Positions 34,581 through 43,724 of a stretch of 64,000 bases of DNA are shown here, piece by piece (position 1 is the stretch's first letter; each line of letters starts with the position of its first letter). The translations under genes were made by a program, and so were the position numbers. This DNA is from a virus: the IMG/VR virus record IMGVR_UViG_3300045988_154248; one strand, given 5' to 3'. The notes under the pieces are model-generated. The model was not told the origin of the DNA. It saw nothing but the letters and a program-made list of their open reading frames with translations, and did no database searches.

Positions 34581-35906
34581 CTATAAATGAGCAAATCCAA
34601 AATATTGCACAAAAGAAAGACACCCTCTGTAGAAGGATGTATAATTGAAGTACCAACAAACAACATACTCACTCAAACAAGGGGGTGTCCGTTGCAAACA
34701 GTATACATCATTCCAAACATATTTACAATTACCTGAAAGCATTAAATCTCGGATTATTTTTATCCGATGTGTATCTGAACCACTTATTGACCATCATCCT
34801 GTCTGTTTTTCTCCGGGGATACCGGGGAAAAACAGTTGATTTCCAAGAAGTCAGCCATTGCCACAGGACAACGACCGCTTATTTCCTGAATCACGGAAAA
34901 TGGAAGGACGATGCATTGCAGGATGTTTTAAAAAGCAGCATCCTCCAAGCCATTTATAGGGAAGCACAGCGTTCCGGACAACCGATTTACTGTATTGTGG
35001 ATGATACGATTGCTTCACATACCCGGCCTTCGTCACAGGCGGTTCATCCAATCGAAGCTGCGTATTTTCATCAATCACATTTAAAAGGCTGTCAGGATTA
35101 TGGGCATCAGGTTGTCTCCGTTATGCTTTCCTGCAACGGGATTACCCTGAATTATGCAGTCATCCTGTACGATAAATCAAGATCAAAGATCCAGATTGTA
35201 CAGGAGATCGCGGAAGAACTTCCCGCTGCGCCGGTCATTTCCTACTTTCTTTGTGACAGCTGGTATACTACTGCAAAAGTGATGGACCGTTTTATTCGGA
35301 AAGGATTCTATACGGTTGGGGCATTAAAGACCAACCGAATCCTTTATCCATGCGGGATCCGTCAAAAAGCCAGTGCATTTGCCCTTCATTTGCGGAAAAC
35401 AGACCCGGATGTCAGCCTCGTGACCGTTGGCAGCCGTGAATTCTATGTATACCGCTATGAAGGGGAGTTGAATGGCATTCCAAATGCAGCGGTGATCCTC
35501 AGCTATCCGAAGGATGGATTTGGGAATCCCAAAGCATTGCGTGTATTTCTCTCTACAAATGCAGAGTTATCCACGCAGGAGATCCTGGACACCTATACGA
35601 AACGGTGGCCGATTGAATTATTTTTCCGGCAGAGCAAAAGTAAACTTGCGCTGGATAGTTATCAAATCCGATCCCGTCAGGGAATCCAAAGGTATTGGCT
35701 GATCATGTCGTTGGTCCACTATTTGTGCTGTATGCATTCTGGAAACTACTGCACATTCGAAGAGGGATACGCATCCTTGAAGCAGCAGCTAAAGCAGGAA
35801 CAGTTTGCAAACCTGTACCGCCTCATAAAAAGCAGCGCCTCATTCGAAGAAGCTTTTAAGTTTGTGGGATAAGTTTGTGCAAAATTCGATATTTGCTCAT
35901 TTATAG
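34581..35906 (+). mobile_element. insertion sequence, IS4/IS701-like, 1326 bp, intact
   Basis: Terminal inverted repeats CTATAAATGAGCAAAT (16/16, extending imperfectly to ~33 nt). 7-bp direct target duplication TAATCTT at 34574-34580 and 35907-35913. Single DDE transposase ORF. Visibly higher G+C than the flanks. Confidence 0.85.
34685..35872 (+). CDS. DDE transposase (IS4/IS701 family)
   Basis: 395 aa; IVDDT, CDSWY and the Y-x2-R-x3-E-x6-K block YTKRWPIELFFRQSK. Confidence 0.8.
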   Translation: MSVANSIHHSKHIYNYLKALNLGLFLSDVYLNHLLTIILSVFLRGYRGKTVDFQEVSHCHRTTTAYFLNHGKWKDDALQDVLKSSILQAIYREAQRSGQPIYCIVDDTIASHTRPSSQAVHPIEAAYFHQSHLKGCQDYGHQVVSVMLSCNGITLNYAVILYDKSRSKIQIVQEIAEELPAAPVISYFLCDSWYTTAKVMDRFIRKGFYTVGALKTNRILYPCGIRQKASAFALHLRKTDPDVSLVTVGSREFYVYRYEGELNGIPNAAVILSYPKDGFGNPKALRVFLSTNAELSTQEILDTYTKRWPIELFFRQSKSKLALDSYQIRSRQGIQRYWLIMSLVHYLCCMHSGNYCTFEEGYASLKQQLKQEQFANLYRLIKSSASFEEAFKFVG

Positions 35907-36223
35907 TAATCTTCATAAACTCTATACATTTCCTCATATTCTTCCGACAAACTTCTCAATACATCTTTATAGATGTAAAGTTGATTATTTTCTAAATAGT
36001 TACGCAATCCTGTTTCCGTATCAAAGAATTCCTCAACTGCTGTCGAATTCGCCCATCTGTCAAAAGATACCAACGCAGCTACTCTTAACATCCATTTTCC
36101 ATTTGTTCCGCTATGTGGTTCTACAACCAGGAATAAAATTGTATCTGTTTTCGCTTGTAGTATGGCTTCGTATTCATCGACTTCATAACCGTTATCTTTG
36201 AACCAATTCTTTATAATATCCAT
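35897..36223 (-). CDS. hypothetical protein whose stop codon was replaced by the IS insertion
   Basis: The last 3 codons (YYK) and the TGA lie in the IS right end and target duplication. Removing the IS and one TSD copy restores ..RVYED-TAA. Confidence 0.55.
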   Translation of the reverse strand: MDIIKNWFKDNGYEVDEYEAILQAKTDTILFLVVEPHSGTNGKWMLRVAALVSFDRWANSTAVEEFFDTETGLRNYLENNQLYIYKDVLRSLSEEYEEMYRVYEDYYK

Positions 36224-36250
36224 GATTTTTTCCTCATTGAAATGTGCTTT

Positions 36251-36514
36251 TCATTGTGTTATTCTCGCATATTTTAATGGATATTTCGAAAAATCCAAAT
36301 ATTCAGAATTATATACACTAGGAATAAATTTTCTAAAATCATCATAGTACCATGCTTTCCATAATTCTGTTCCGGTCTTTGCAAATTCCCTAGTGGCTTC
36401 TTGAAATGCGTCATATAACGTCATGTTATATACTTCCATATTTTCTTTTGTTCTTTCTTTTACCTTTTTAGGAACTCTACCAATTATCAAATCATCGTCA
36501 TAAAACATATTCAT
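36251..36514 (-). CDS. hypothetical protein
   Basis: Track frame; start at ATG 36514 behind AAAGGAG. Confidence 0.5.
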   Translation of the reverse strand: MNMFYDDDLIIGRVPKKVKERTKENMEVYNMTLYDAFQEATREFAKTGTELWKAWYYDDFRKFIPSVYNSEYLDFSKYPLKYARITQ

Positions 36515-36543
36515 ACTCCTTTTTTTATGAGAAGTTTTCATTG

Positions 36544-36747
36544 CTATTTTACTTTGTCCAATCCAAATAAAGCATCAGGAAAACTTCTCTTTATTTCTTC
36601 AAAATTTTCAAAGCAATCTGCATATCTATCTGTGCCATCTTCTATGTTCAATACGAGAAAACTTCTATCTCCATCATTCCATAATGTTCTTGCATCATGT
36701 TCTGAAATAATATCAAACCATTTTGAAAAATATTCTTCTGTAAACAT
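36544..36747 (-). CDS. hypothetical protein
   Basis: ORF track 67 aa. Confidence 0.5.
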   Translation of the reverse strand: MFTEEYFSKWFDIISEHDARTLWNDGDRSFLVLNIEDGTDRYADCFENFEEIKRSFPDALFGLDKVK

Positions 36748-36840
36748 TTCAATTCCTCCAATCTTTTAATTTATTAGTTTATCAAACCCTATCTTATTAT
36801 TCTCTGTCTTGTTGTACTAAAAAAGCAGATAACTTTTTCG

Positions 36841-37002
36841 TCACCTGCTTTCCTTAAATATTACGAAACTGCATCTCCGTATCATTTCATAATCTCTACA
36901 TCCTTTATAATTATCACACATCCAATTATAAATCTCTGTATCAGACATATTATGAAATTTTAGAATATGTTTTCTGCATTCATCTAAGATATATTCTTCC
37001 AT
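36841..37002 (-). CDS. small hypothetical protein (53 aa)
   Basis: Own call: MEEYILDECRKHILKFHNMSDTEIYNWMCDNYKGCRDYEM..; GGAGTAAAAT SD. Confidence 0.4.
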   Translation of the reverse strand: MEEYILDECRKHILKFHNMSDTEIYNWMCDNYKGCRDYEMIRRCSFVIFKESR

Positions 37003-37005
37003 ATT

Positions 37006-37173
37006 TTACTCCTCAATTTCTTCAACATCACTTTCATCATAATGAGTATCTGCTATTGGAATACATCTATCAGATTCCAATTTTCCTTCCGCTATTCTAA
37101 GTGCTTCAGTTTCATTTTCTGCCTCTACTTCATATTCTTCATATGTTGTAAATGTCACACTATACTTCTTCAT
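37006..37173 (-). CDS. small hypothetical acidic protein (55 aa)
   Basis: Own call: MKKYSVTFTTYEEYEVEAENETEALRIAEGKLESDRC..; GGAGGAATG SD. Confidence 0.45.
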   Translation of the reverse strand: MKKYSVTFTTYEEYEVEAENETEALRIAEGKLESDRCIPIADTHYDESDVEEIEE

Positions 37174-37175
37174 AA

Positions 37176-37382
37176 TCATTCCTCCATCATTTCATTAAAT
37201 TCTATCCAACTTTCAAAAGACTCTTCCAATCCTCTCGATCGAATGGTTTCCATTTCGTCTTCTGTCATTTCATAATTTTTATCTTCACAATATTGTTGGA
37301 CTGTATCATGCTCTGCTTCTAACCACTTATCATCGTCTTCAATTTTATCGACTTCTACTAATAATTTATCAAGTTCATTCAT
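37176..37382 (-). CDS. hypothetical acidic protein
   Basis: Track frame; start at ATG 37382 behind GGAGG. Confidence 0.5.
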   Translation of the reverse strand: MNELDKLLVEVDKIEDDDKWLEAEHDTVQQYCEDKNYEMTEDEMETIRSRGLEESFESWIEFNEMMEE

Positions 37383-37476
37383 AGTAGTCAACCTCCAATT
37401 CATGTCAACAATCAATAAAGAAAATCGTTCCGTTAAATATTTATTCTCTCTTTTTTTAATGAAATTTCCGTTTCAA

Positions 37477-37629
37477 TTATATTCCAAACGCCATAAATAC
37501 AATCGCACACAGCAACATACCAAATGCTGTAATCGCTAAAGCTCCTTTAATTGTCAAGTTAACTCTTGACATATGACTTCTCATATACCAACATGTCAAA
37601 CTAATTAATGCACATGTAATTCCTCTCAT
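37477..37629 (-). CDS. small membrane protein (50 aa)
   Basis: Own call: MRGITCALISLTCWYMRSHMSRVNLTIKGALAITAFGMLLCAIVFMAFGI; overlaps the upstream stop. Confidence 0.4.
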   Translation of the reverse strand: MRGITCALISLTCWYMRSHMSRVNLTIKGALAITAFGMLLCAIVFMAFGI

Positions 37630-37808
37630 TTTTTATCTCCTTTGTTCTCAAAACCTTTCTCTTTATAAGCATATTCTCTGTCATAAACTTCTTTATAGAA
37701 TTGAATATCCTGTGCTGTTGCTCTTTTTGCTTTCTCTATACAATTTTGTAAAAAAGCCAAACTTTCTTCCTTATTCAAATGTTTTCCTCCTGATACTTTC
37801 CGTTTCAT
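37626..37808 (-). CDS. hypothetical protein
   Basis: ORF track 60 aa. Confidence 0.45.
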   Translation of the reverse strand: MKRKVSGGKHLNKEESLAFLQNCIEKAKRATAQDIQFYKEVYDREYAYKEKGFENKGDKK

Positions 37809-38122
37809 TACAACTCATAATCTCTGCATAAATCCAACACTGTATCAATAATATTCTGTACGGAATCAATTCCATACCCGCTTAACATATCGAACGAAAC
37901 GTTGTCAGATGCGTATACTAAATCACAATAATGACACCATCCATCTTCTTCGTTATTAACAAATGTAATCTCAAGATTCACTTCGTTTGTTAATGGATAT
38001 TGCCAAGCTCTGTCATCAAATGATATTGGTCTATTTCCATTTCCGCTCCACATTTCAGGGTTCATCTGATTAAAAAAATTTTTTACAATTTTTTCTGCCG
38101 TTTCTCTTTTCATTATCATCAC
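37808..38122 (-). CDS. hypothetical protein
   Basis: ORF track 104 aa; AGGAGTGATG leader. Confidence 0.55.
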   Translation of the reverse strand: MMIMKRETAEKIVKNFFNQMNPEMWSGNGNRPISFDDRAWQYPLTNEVNLEITFVNNEEDGWCHYCDLVYASDNVSFDMLSGYGIDSVQNIIDTVLDLCRDYEL

Positions 38123-38149
38123 TCCTAATTTTGAATTTTCTATTTCATT

Positions 38150-38344
38150 CTAATAAAAACATAAGACACCATCATATAAGTCCGGTGTAAATTCCTCAAT
38201 TCCCCATCGTGTAATATCTAATGGCAATCCTAAAGTTTCTAATAATTTTTTTCTTTGACATTTCATTTTTTCAAATGCATCGTTTTCATTATCTGCATAG
38301 ACAACACATCCGAAATTCTCTTGTGCTAAATAAAATACTTTCAT
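38150..38344 (-). CDS. hypothetical protein
   Basis: Track frame; start at ATG 38344 behind GGAGGAAAG. Confidence 0.5.
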   Translation of the reverse strand: MKVFYLAQENFGCVVYADNENDAFEKMKCQRKKLLETLGLPLDITRWGIEEFTPDLYDGVLCFY

Positions 38345-38371
38345 ATTGCTTTCCTCCACATAAATTTGTTT

Positions 38372-38719
38372 TCATAGATTTATTTTATCCTTGCATAAGT
38401 TATAAATAATTCCTCGTAGATCTTCAATTTCTGTTTCCGAAAGATATTCGCTTCTGTTAGTCTCCGGAATGTCATAAATATTACAACTATCATTTTCAAA
38501 CCATATTTCAAAAATATAATACCATATTCCATTATCACAATTGTATTCACAGTGGATAAAATATGAATTTCCATCTTTATCAATCAACTCTCCATCACCA
38601 ATGTCCAATGCAAAAGAAGTATCATCATTCCAATATGAATTGCATTTGAATTTTCTTCCATTTCCCCAATCTATTTCATAAAGGAGATTTTCGGTTTCTA
38701 TATATTTCATTTCTATCAC
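38372..38719 (-). CDS. hypothetical protein
   Basis: ORF track 115 aa; AGGAGTGAT leader identical to that of 37808-38122. Confidence 0.55.
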   Translation of the reverse strand: MIEMKYIETENLLYEIDWGNGRKFKCNSYWNDDTSFALDIGDGELIDKDGNSYFIHCEYNCDNGIWYYIFEIWFENDSCNIYDIPETNRSEYLSETEIEDLRGIIYNLCKDKINL

Positions 38720-38741
38720 TCCTAATTTTGAAATCTACGTT

Positions 38742-38960
38742 TCATTTAGCTGCTTCTATTACAATGGTAGAATCTTGTGTTGTGATAGACTTTATTTTCA
38801 TATCAAGAATACGATCCAATGGTTTATTAAAACCGTCTCTTTGTGTGCAAAAAACCAATTCTGCTCCATCACCATATTGCTTTCCGTCTGAGCAATCATA
38901 AATATCATAATTACAATTACAATCAAAATCATCATTATAAACTAAATCGCCAACAACCAT
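38742..38960 (-). CDS. hypothetical protein
   Basis: ORF track 72 aa. Confidence 0.5.
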   Translation of the reverse strand: MVVGDLVYNDDFDCNCNYDIYDCSDGKQYGDGAELVFCTQRDGFNKPLDRILDMKIKSITTQDSTIVIEAAK

Positions 38961-39166
38961 TCTTGTATCCTCCGATCATCAATTTCTTGTTTCTCTTTTT
39001 CGTGGATCTGTTCAAGCTCTTCATAAGTTACAGTTCGAGAATTATAACCTATACTTCTATAATATTTGGTATAATGATTTGCATTCTCTCTATCACAGCT
39101 TGTACATGTTTTTATAAATCCAGTATGCTTTTCTGTTGCAATCACGCAGACAACATTATCTTCCAT
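38942..39166 (-). CDS. hypothetical protein
   Basis: ORF track 74 aa. Confidence 0.5.
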   Translation of the reverse strand: MEDNVVCVIATEKHTGFIKTCTSCDRENANHYTKYYRSIGYNSRTVTYEELEQIHEKEKQEIDDRRIQEWLLAI

Positions 39167-39224
39167 AATTGTTTCCTCTCTTTTCTCTTTCCGTTTTCGT
39201 TTCTGAAATCATCGTTTCTTATGG

Positions 39225-39512
39225 CTAAATAAATTCTTCAACATATCCCATCGCTAACACATCTTGCATATAATTATAAAAATTTCTAGTTACAATTATT
39301 TTTTCAGGCGAATAAATAATATGTCTTTCATCGTATAATCTGTTTAGAATTTCAATTTCTTCTTCATCCATTTTTGAATAGCTCCATCCTTGACATGCAT
39401 TTTTTATTGAATAGTCTATATACGGATATAATCTAAGTTCCTTTTGTGAAATTGTTCTATTCAAGAATGCCACCGCTTTTTCTTGAATGCTATCTGTTAG
39501 TATTCCTCTCAT
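39225..39512 (-). CDS. hypothetical protein
   Basis: ORF track 95 aa. Confidence 0.5.
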   Translation of the reverse strand: MRGILTDSIQEKAVAFLNRTISQKELRLYPYIDYSIKNACQGWSYSKMDEEEIEILNRLYDERHIIYSPEKIIVTRNFYNYMQDVLAMGYVEEFI

Positions 39513-39540
39513 ATAAAAACCTCTCTTTCCTAGTAAATCC

Positions 39541-40398
39541 TCATTTCATTGTCTCAATTTTTATTAATGGTTTTATTCTTCTCCTACCAACATTTTTCCC
39601 TTGTCGTTTAAGTAACGATAAAGTTTTATTATATGTTTCAACATCTATAATTGGCTCAAAATTTCCTTTATAAGTTTCTCCACAAAAAATATTGTACCCA
39701 CAATATTGTGTTCGTGTAAGAATTTTTTGAACACTATAAGCTGTTGGGACTTTGCCTCTCTTACCTTTAAATCCTCTTTCTCTTGCTTCTTTCGCAACTT
39801 CTGATAAATTTTTTCTTAACGAATACTCAGAAAAACAAAAACGCACATATTCTGCTTCTTTTTTATTGATTTTAAATGAATCCTTTCCATCTAAATCATA
39901 TCCTAATATTTCAGAACAAGTACGTTTTCCTTGTGCGGCTCTCTCTGCCATAGCTGCACTAACTCTTTCACTTGTTAATTCTCTTTCTAGCTGTGCGAAT
40001 ACACCAACAATGCCAATCATTGCTCTACCCATTGGAGTAGATGTATCAAAAGCTTCAGTATATGAAACCATAGATATATTCCATTGTTGGAATTTTTCCA
40101 TTGTCGAATATAAATCCGATACACTTCTTGTAAATCTACTAAGTGCCCAAAATAAAACTAAATCAAATTTCCCATTTTTTGCATCATATAATAATCTATT
40201 TATATCTGGTCTATGTTCAATATCCTTTCCTGAAATTCCTTTGTCTGCATACAAATCATAAACATTATATTTCCGTTCCTCACACCATTTCCTAAGCGTT
40301 TTTTCTTGTGCATCTAAAGAATATCCTTCACGGACTTGATCGAGTGTGCTTACACGTATGTATATTGCTACTTGTTTTTTATTCTCCACATACAACAC
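39541..40398 (-). CDS. serine recombinase (resolvase catalytic domain plus recombinase domain, short form)
   Basis: VAIYIRVSTLDQ (catalytic Ser), DLVLFWALSRFTRS, GVFAQLERELTSERV. At 285 aa it lacks the zinc-ribbon/coiled-coil of large serine integrases. Confidence 0.8.
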   Translation of the reverse strand: MLYVENKKQVAIYIRVSTLDQVREGYSLDAQEKTLRKWCEERKYNVYDLYADKGISGKDIEHRPDINRLLYDAKNGKFDLVLFWALSRFTRSVSDLYSTMEKFQQWNISMVSYTEAFDTSTPMGRAMIGIVGVFAQLERELTSERVSAAMAERAAQGKRTCSEILGYDLDGKDSFKINKKEAEYVRFCFSEYSLRKNLSEVAKEARERGFKGKRGKVPTAYSVQKILTRTQYCGYNIFCGETYKGNFEPIIDVETYNKTLSLLKRQGKNVGRRRIKPLIKIETMK

Positions 40399-40400
40399 CT

Positions 40401-40718
40401 CTATTCCTTTTTTATTCCAAATTCAAAACAAGCAGCACATCCCATTTTATCAGGGTACATGCCATCATTGTCAGCCACAATTTCCCATCCATATTCAAAA
40501 GATACTATGTTATCATATACTGCTTGTGGATTATCTTCATTACCATCCCAATCCGTAACTGGATTATCTCCATTTTTTAATGCTTCTAAATCACATATTA
40601 ACCTTCCATGTTTCCCATATTCATATCCGCTATGTAAATAATCGACTTTACCATTTTTATTAAAAACAACTAAAGTTAACCCACCGCCATTATCCTCAAT
40701 AACTTCATATTTCCTCAT
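40401..40718 (-). CDS. hypothetical protein
   Basis: Track frame; start at ATG 40718 behind GGAGGGG. Confidence 0.5.
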   Translation of the reverse strand: MRKYEVIEDNGGGLTLVVFNKNGKVDYLHSGYEYGKHGRLICDLEALKNGDNPVTDWDGNEDNPQAVYDNIVSFEYGWEIVADNDGMYPDKMGCAACFEFGIKKE

Positions 40719-40760
40719 AATATTTTTCCCCTCCAATCTTCAAATGAAAATCTTGTTTCA

Positions 40761-41012
40761 TTAATTTTCACAAATAATCTGATAACATTCTGCCTGATCT
40801 TCTGTCAATTCATACATTCCGTTCTTATCTGCATATTCACTTGGATATGTATTACACTCTGCATCTTCATCAAGCAAGATAATTGTGCAATCTTCAACAG
40901 CAGCATCTACTATTTCTTCTGCCTGTTCAATATTTTCTACTTCTTCAATTGGGACTAATATCGTTTTCTTAAAAACCATTTCCGTTGTAATTGCGTAATA
41001 TTTCTTTTTCAT
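40761..41012 (-). CDS. hypothetical acidic protein
   Basis: ORF track 83 aa. Confidence 0.5.
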   Translation of the reverse strand: MKKKYYAITTEMVFKKTILVPIEEVENIEQAEEIVDAAVEDCTIILLDEDAECNTYPSEYADKNGMYELTEDQAECYQIICEN

Positions 41013-41066
41013 AAAAACTATCTCCTTTCCTGAAATTCATATACAGAAAATACTTTTCTCTTCTTT

Positions 41067-41171
41067 TCAGTTACAAGGATTTTCCGCAATTTTCACTGCC
41101 TGTTCCTTTGTTTTTGCGTCTACAGATATACCTAATTCTTCATTTTCAAAACCAACACACCATGTTTTCAT
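41067..41171 (-). CDS. small hypothetical protein (34 aa)
   Basis: Own call: MKTWCVGFENEELGISVDAKTKEQAVKIAENPCN; GGAGAAAATA SD. Confidence 0.35.
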   Translation of the reverse strand: MKTWCVGFENEELGISVDAKTKEQAVKIAENPCN

Positions 41172-41200
41172 ATTATTTTCTCCTTTGAAATTGCTATCTC

Positions 41201-41545
41201 TTAACAATAAAGCTCCCATCCTTTTCTTTGACTTCCAAGTTTCCGTTCAATTACAATACTTTCACCTTCACCTATTAAATATCCTTCTCTGCAAATTTCT
41301 GTATCTCCTAAACGAATCCATGGATAAATATAAAACTGCGTGATCTCTTTATAATTTGATAGATCATCTTTAAATCCATTTTCTCTGTTTTCTTTCAAGC
41401 ATTCCTTCCAGATCTTTTCAAATTCAGTTCTACATTTCCGCTTAGACATTCGATTTGACTTAGTAACCTCATTTCCAGCATAATAATAACCACCTTCTGC
41501 TGGTTCATAAATCGGATATTCTGAATAAAATGTTAGATATCTCAT
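41201..41545 (-). CDS. hypothetical protein
   Basis: ORF track 114 aa. Confidence 0.55.
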   Translation of the reverse strand: MRYLTFYSEYPIYEPAEGGYYYAGNEVTKSNRMSKRKCRTEFEKIWKECLKENRENGFKDDLSNYKEITQFYIYPWIRLGDTEICREGYLIGEGESIVIERKLGSQRKGWELYC

Positions 41546-41645
41546 ATTATTTTCCTTCTCTCACACAATCATCCTGCTTCTATTCCCTGATATGATAAGA
41601 TTTTGTCTTCATAATCATTTTCCCAATGTTCCATTTCCGTTCCTC

Positions 41646-41885
41646 CTAAATCCCGAGTAAATCTTCTAATTCTCTCATCCGATCATGCTTAAAACCAATA
41701 CATACAAGTGTCTGAAGAATACCTTCTGCATATCCTCTGTGATTTTCAGCTTTCATCCGTAAAGTTTCAAAATGCACTCTGTTATCGGTTTCATTTGCTT
41801 CTGTAAATTCTTTAATCGCCTGATTTGCATTTCGAATTCCTTCTTCCATAACTCTTTTACAATTTTCACATTCTGTTTTATTCAT
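41646..41885 (-). CDS. hypothetical protein
   Basis: ORF track 79 aa. Confidence 0.5.
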   Translation of the reverse strand: MNKTECENCKRVMEEGIRNANQAIKEFTEANETDNRVHFETLRMKAENHRGYAEGILQTLVCIGFKHDRMRELEDLLGI

Positions 41886-41963
41886 TTACATCGCTCTCAC
41901 TTTCTGTTATAATAACTACTCAAGGAGTTGGGGACTTACATGGAATTTCCATTGCCCCATTTG

Positions 41964-42056
41964 TTATTCATTGATATATTCCCAGGCTTCTCGTTCTGTT
42001 GGAAAAGCAATGCTGCATCCTGGGATATACCAGTTTCCGTATTTCATGTACGGCAT
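41964..42056 (-). CDS. small hypothetical protein (30 aa)
   Basis: Own call: MPYMKYGNWYIPGCSIAFPTEREAWEYINE; GGAGGTG SD. Confidence 0.35.
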   Translation of the reverse strand: MPYMKYGNWYIPGCSIAFPTEREAWEYINE

Positions 42057-42086
42057 AGCTACACACCTCCTTGTATGTATTTATAG

Positions 42087-42116
42087 AAAAAGCAGAGATG
42101 GCGTTCTCTGCTTTTA
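42087..42116 (-). terminator. intrinsic terminator (A-tract/T-tract flanked, potentially bidirectional)
   Basis: Stem agcagag / ctctgct (7 bp), 8-nt loop, TTTTT on the minus strand after the 42157-42327 gene. Confidence 0.55.
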
Positions 42117-42156
42117 TCTATCTCGTTATGTTATTCTCTCTTTTGGAATTGCTATT

Positions 42157-42327
42157 TCATCGCCATGACAAAACCGGTTCATAAACCGTATCAATCCATT
42201 TACATAAATCATCGAATTCTCTTTCCGTGATAGACCCATCATCATAGCAATCATGAACATAATCCTCAATATCTCCCTTATGTTTTCCGCGCATATTGTT
42301 TATGATATAGTTCATAATTTCTCTCAT
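42157..42327 (-). CDS. hypothetical protein
   Basis: Track frame; start at ATG 42327 (AGGAGG SD, ATGA overlap with the upstream stop). Confidence 0.5.
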   Translation of the reverse strand: MREIMNYIINNMRGKHKGDIEDYVHDCYDDGSITEREFDDLCKWIDTVYEPVLSWR

Positions 42328-42707
42328 AAAATCGCCTCCTGTTTTATCATCTTTCCATCTTCCCAATGACAAATTGGCGTACTTGAAGAAATTTCAAGAC
42401 TATCGTCGTTATTCAAATACACCTTTTCTCTCCGTAACGTAACTACTTCAAATTTATTTTCGCTTAAAGCTTTTCTGATTGCGTTTAATGCACCAGACTT
42501 CGATTTATAACTTCTATTAAATGTTGCATTTTTATTTTTATCATCAAACCCAACCACCAAATAAGAGATTTTGTAGGTTGCCTTCCAAAAATTCTTTGCG
42601 AGTGGTTCAAGAACATAATGCTCTTTCATCCATTTGAAGCTTTTTTCTGTTTTACAAATATACGGGTTGCTTCCATCAATAAAAGTAATATGCTGATATA
42701 CATTCAT
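42324..42707 (-). CDS. hypothetical protein
   Basis: ORF track 127 aa. Confidence 0.55.
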   Translation of the reverse strand: MNVYQHITFIDGSNPYICKTEKSFKWMKEHYVLEPLAKNFWKATYKISYLVVGFDDKNKNATFNRSYKSKSGALNAIRKALSENKFEVVTLRREKVYLNNDDSLEISSSTPICHWEDGKMIKQEAIL

Positions 42708-42719
42708 ATTTCTCTCCTT

Positions 42720-43118
42720 TCACACATCAACCGAAATGCAATGGTAAGCCCACCATCTTCCGTTTCTTTCAACAAGCTTGTACCAACTCGTAAATCTCTG
42801 TCCTGTGCAATCAAATGCAGAAGGAACATATTCCATATATTTATTATATTGAAACCATTCATCCGCTGTTTCCCTTGTAGTGATTTCTTCTGGAAGTTGA
42901 AGTAATTCAATATACCCGTCAATTCCATTATCATGCACAATATGTCTTTCTGGTTTTTCGTTTTCTTGTTTATAGATATCACGGATTTTTCTTTTCTTTT
43001 TGATAATTTCATCTTTAGCTATTTCATTCACGTCATATCCATAAAGCTCACACATTTCTTTACAAATTTGAAGCCAATCGTAAAGCTCATGTAATCGTTG
43101 TCTTATTATATGATCCAT
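42720..43118 (-). CDS. hypothetical protein
   Basis: ORF track 132 aa; preferred over the overlapping frame 42704-43012. Confidence 0.55.
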   Translation of the reverse strand: MDHIIRQRLHELYDWLQICKEMCELYGYDVNEIAKDEIIKKKRKIRDIYKQENEKPERHIVHDNGIDGYIELLQLPEEITTRETADEWFQYNKYMEYVPSAFDCTGQRFTSWYKLVERNGRWWAYHCISVDV

Positions 43119-43146
43119 ACTCTACACCTCCATTTTATCTATTGTC

Positions 43147-43332
43147 TTAATCTACCAGATCCGCATAGCCGCCATCATAATTCTGTTTCCACGACCTATA
43201 AACTCCGTTTGTATCAAGAAACTCTAAATAATATGCCTCTCTCCATTCCCACGGCTCCTGCCATACAATCTCTTTAATTGTACATACAATTCCTTGGCAA
43301 TGAACTACATCACCTGGTCTTAAATCTCTCAT
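43147..43332 (-). CDS. hypothetical protein
   Basis: ORF track 61 aa. Confidence 0.5.
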   Translation of the reverse strand: MRDLRPGDVVHCQGIVCTIKEIVWQEPWEWREAYYLEFLDTNGVYRSWKQNYDGGYADLVD

Positions 43333-43363
43333 TTTCTTTACTCCTTTTAAAATCTTAGTTTCT

Positions 43364-43678
43364 TCAATTTTCTACTTCCACGAGAACAGTGTATTCAATT
43401 CCATTATGTTCAAAGTTCCATTCACCGTCATATGTACAATCTGGTTCTGTGCATGTCAGTTCAAATCCATTATGGAATAATACACCTTCTGTATATGGAG
43501 CTTCTTCACAAAGTACTAACTTAATATCTGCTTCAATTCCGTTTGGAAATTTTGCGGTGTGCGTAATTGTTTCATCTCTCTTATATCCATATTTCTGATA
43601 AATTTCATCTCCTGTAAGATTGAGTAAATCATTAATTAAATTCATTTCCTCGCTTGATATTTTTATTGTTTGTACCAT
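43364..43678 (-). CDS. hypothetical protein
   Basis: ORF track 104 aa. Confidence 0.55.
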   Translation of the reverse strand: MVQTIKISSEEMNLINDLLNLTGDEIYQKYGYKRDETITHTAKFPNGIEADIKLVLCEEAPYTEGVLFHNGFELTCTEPDCTYDGEWNFEHNGIEYTVLVEVEN

Positions 43679-43724
43679 AAAATTTCCTCCAATCTACTTT
43701 TGAAATGCGAATTTCTTACTTATG

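Noticed and set aside
42704-43012. Alternative minus-strand frame overlapping 42720-43118. The same applies to internal out-of-frame ORFs 5429-5626, 8406-8687, 9415-9603, 16156-16446, 38380-38583, 52331-52609 and 55865-56107.
   Set aside because: Each is nested in or heavily overlaps a longer ORF that has recognisable motifs or proper SD and spacing.
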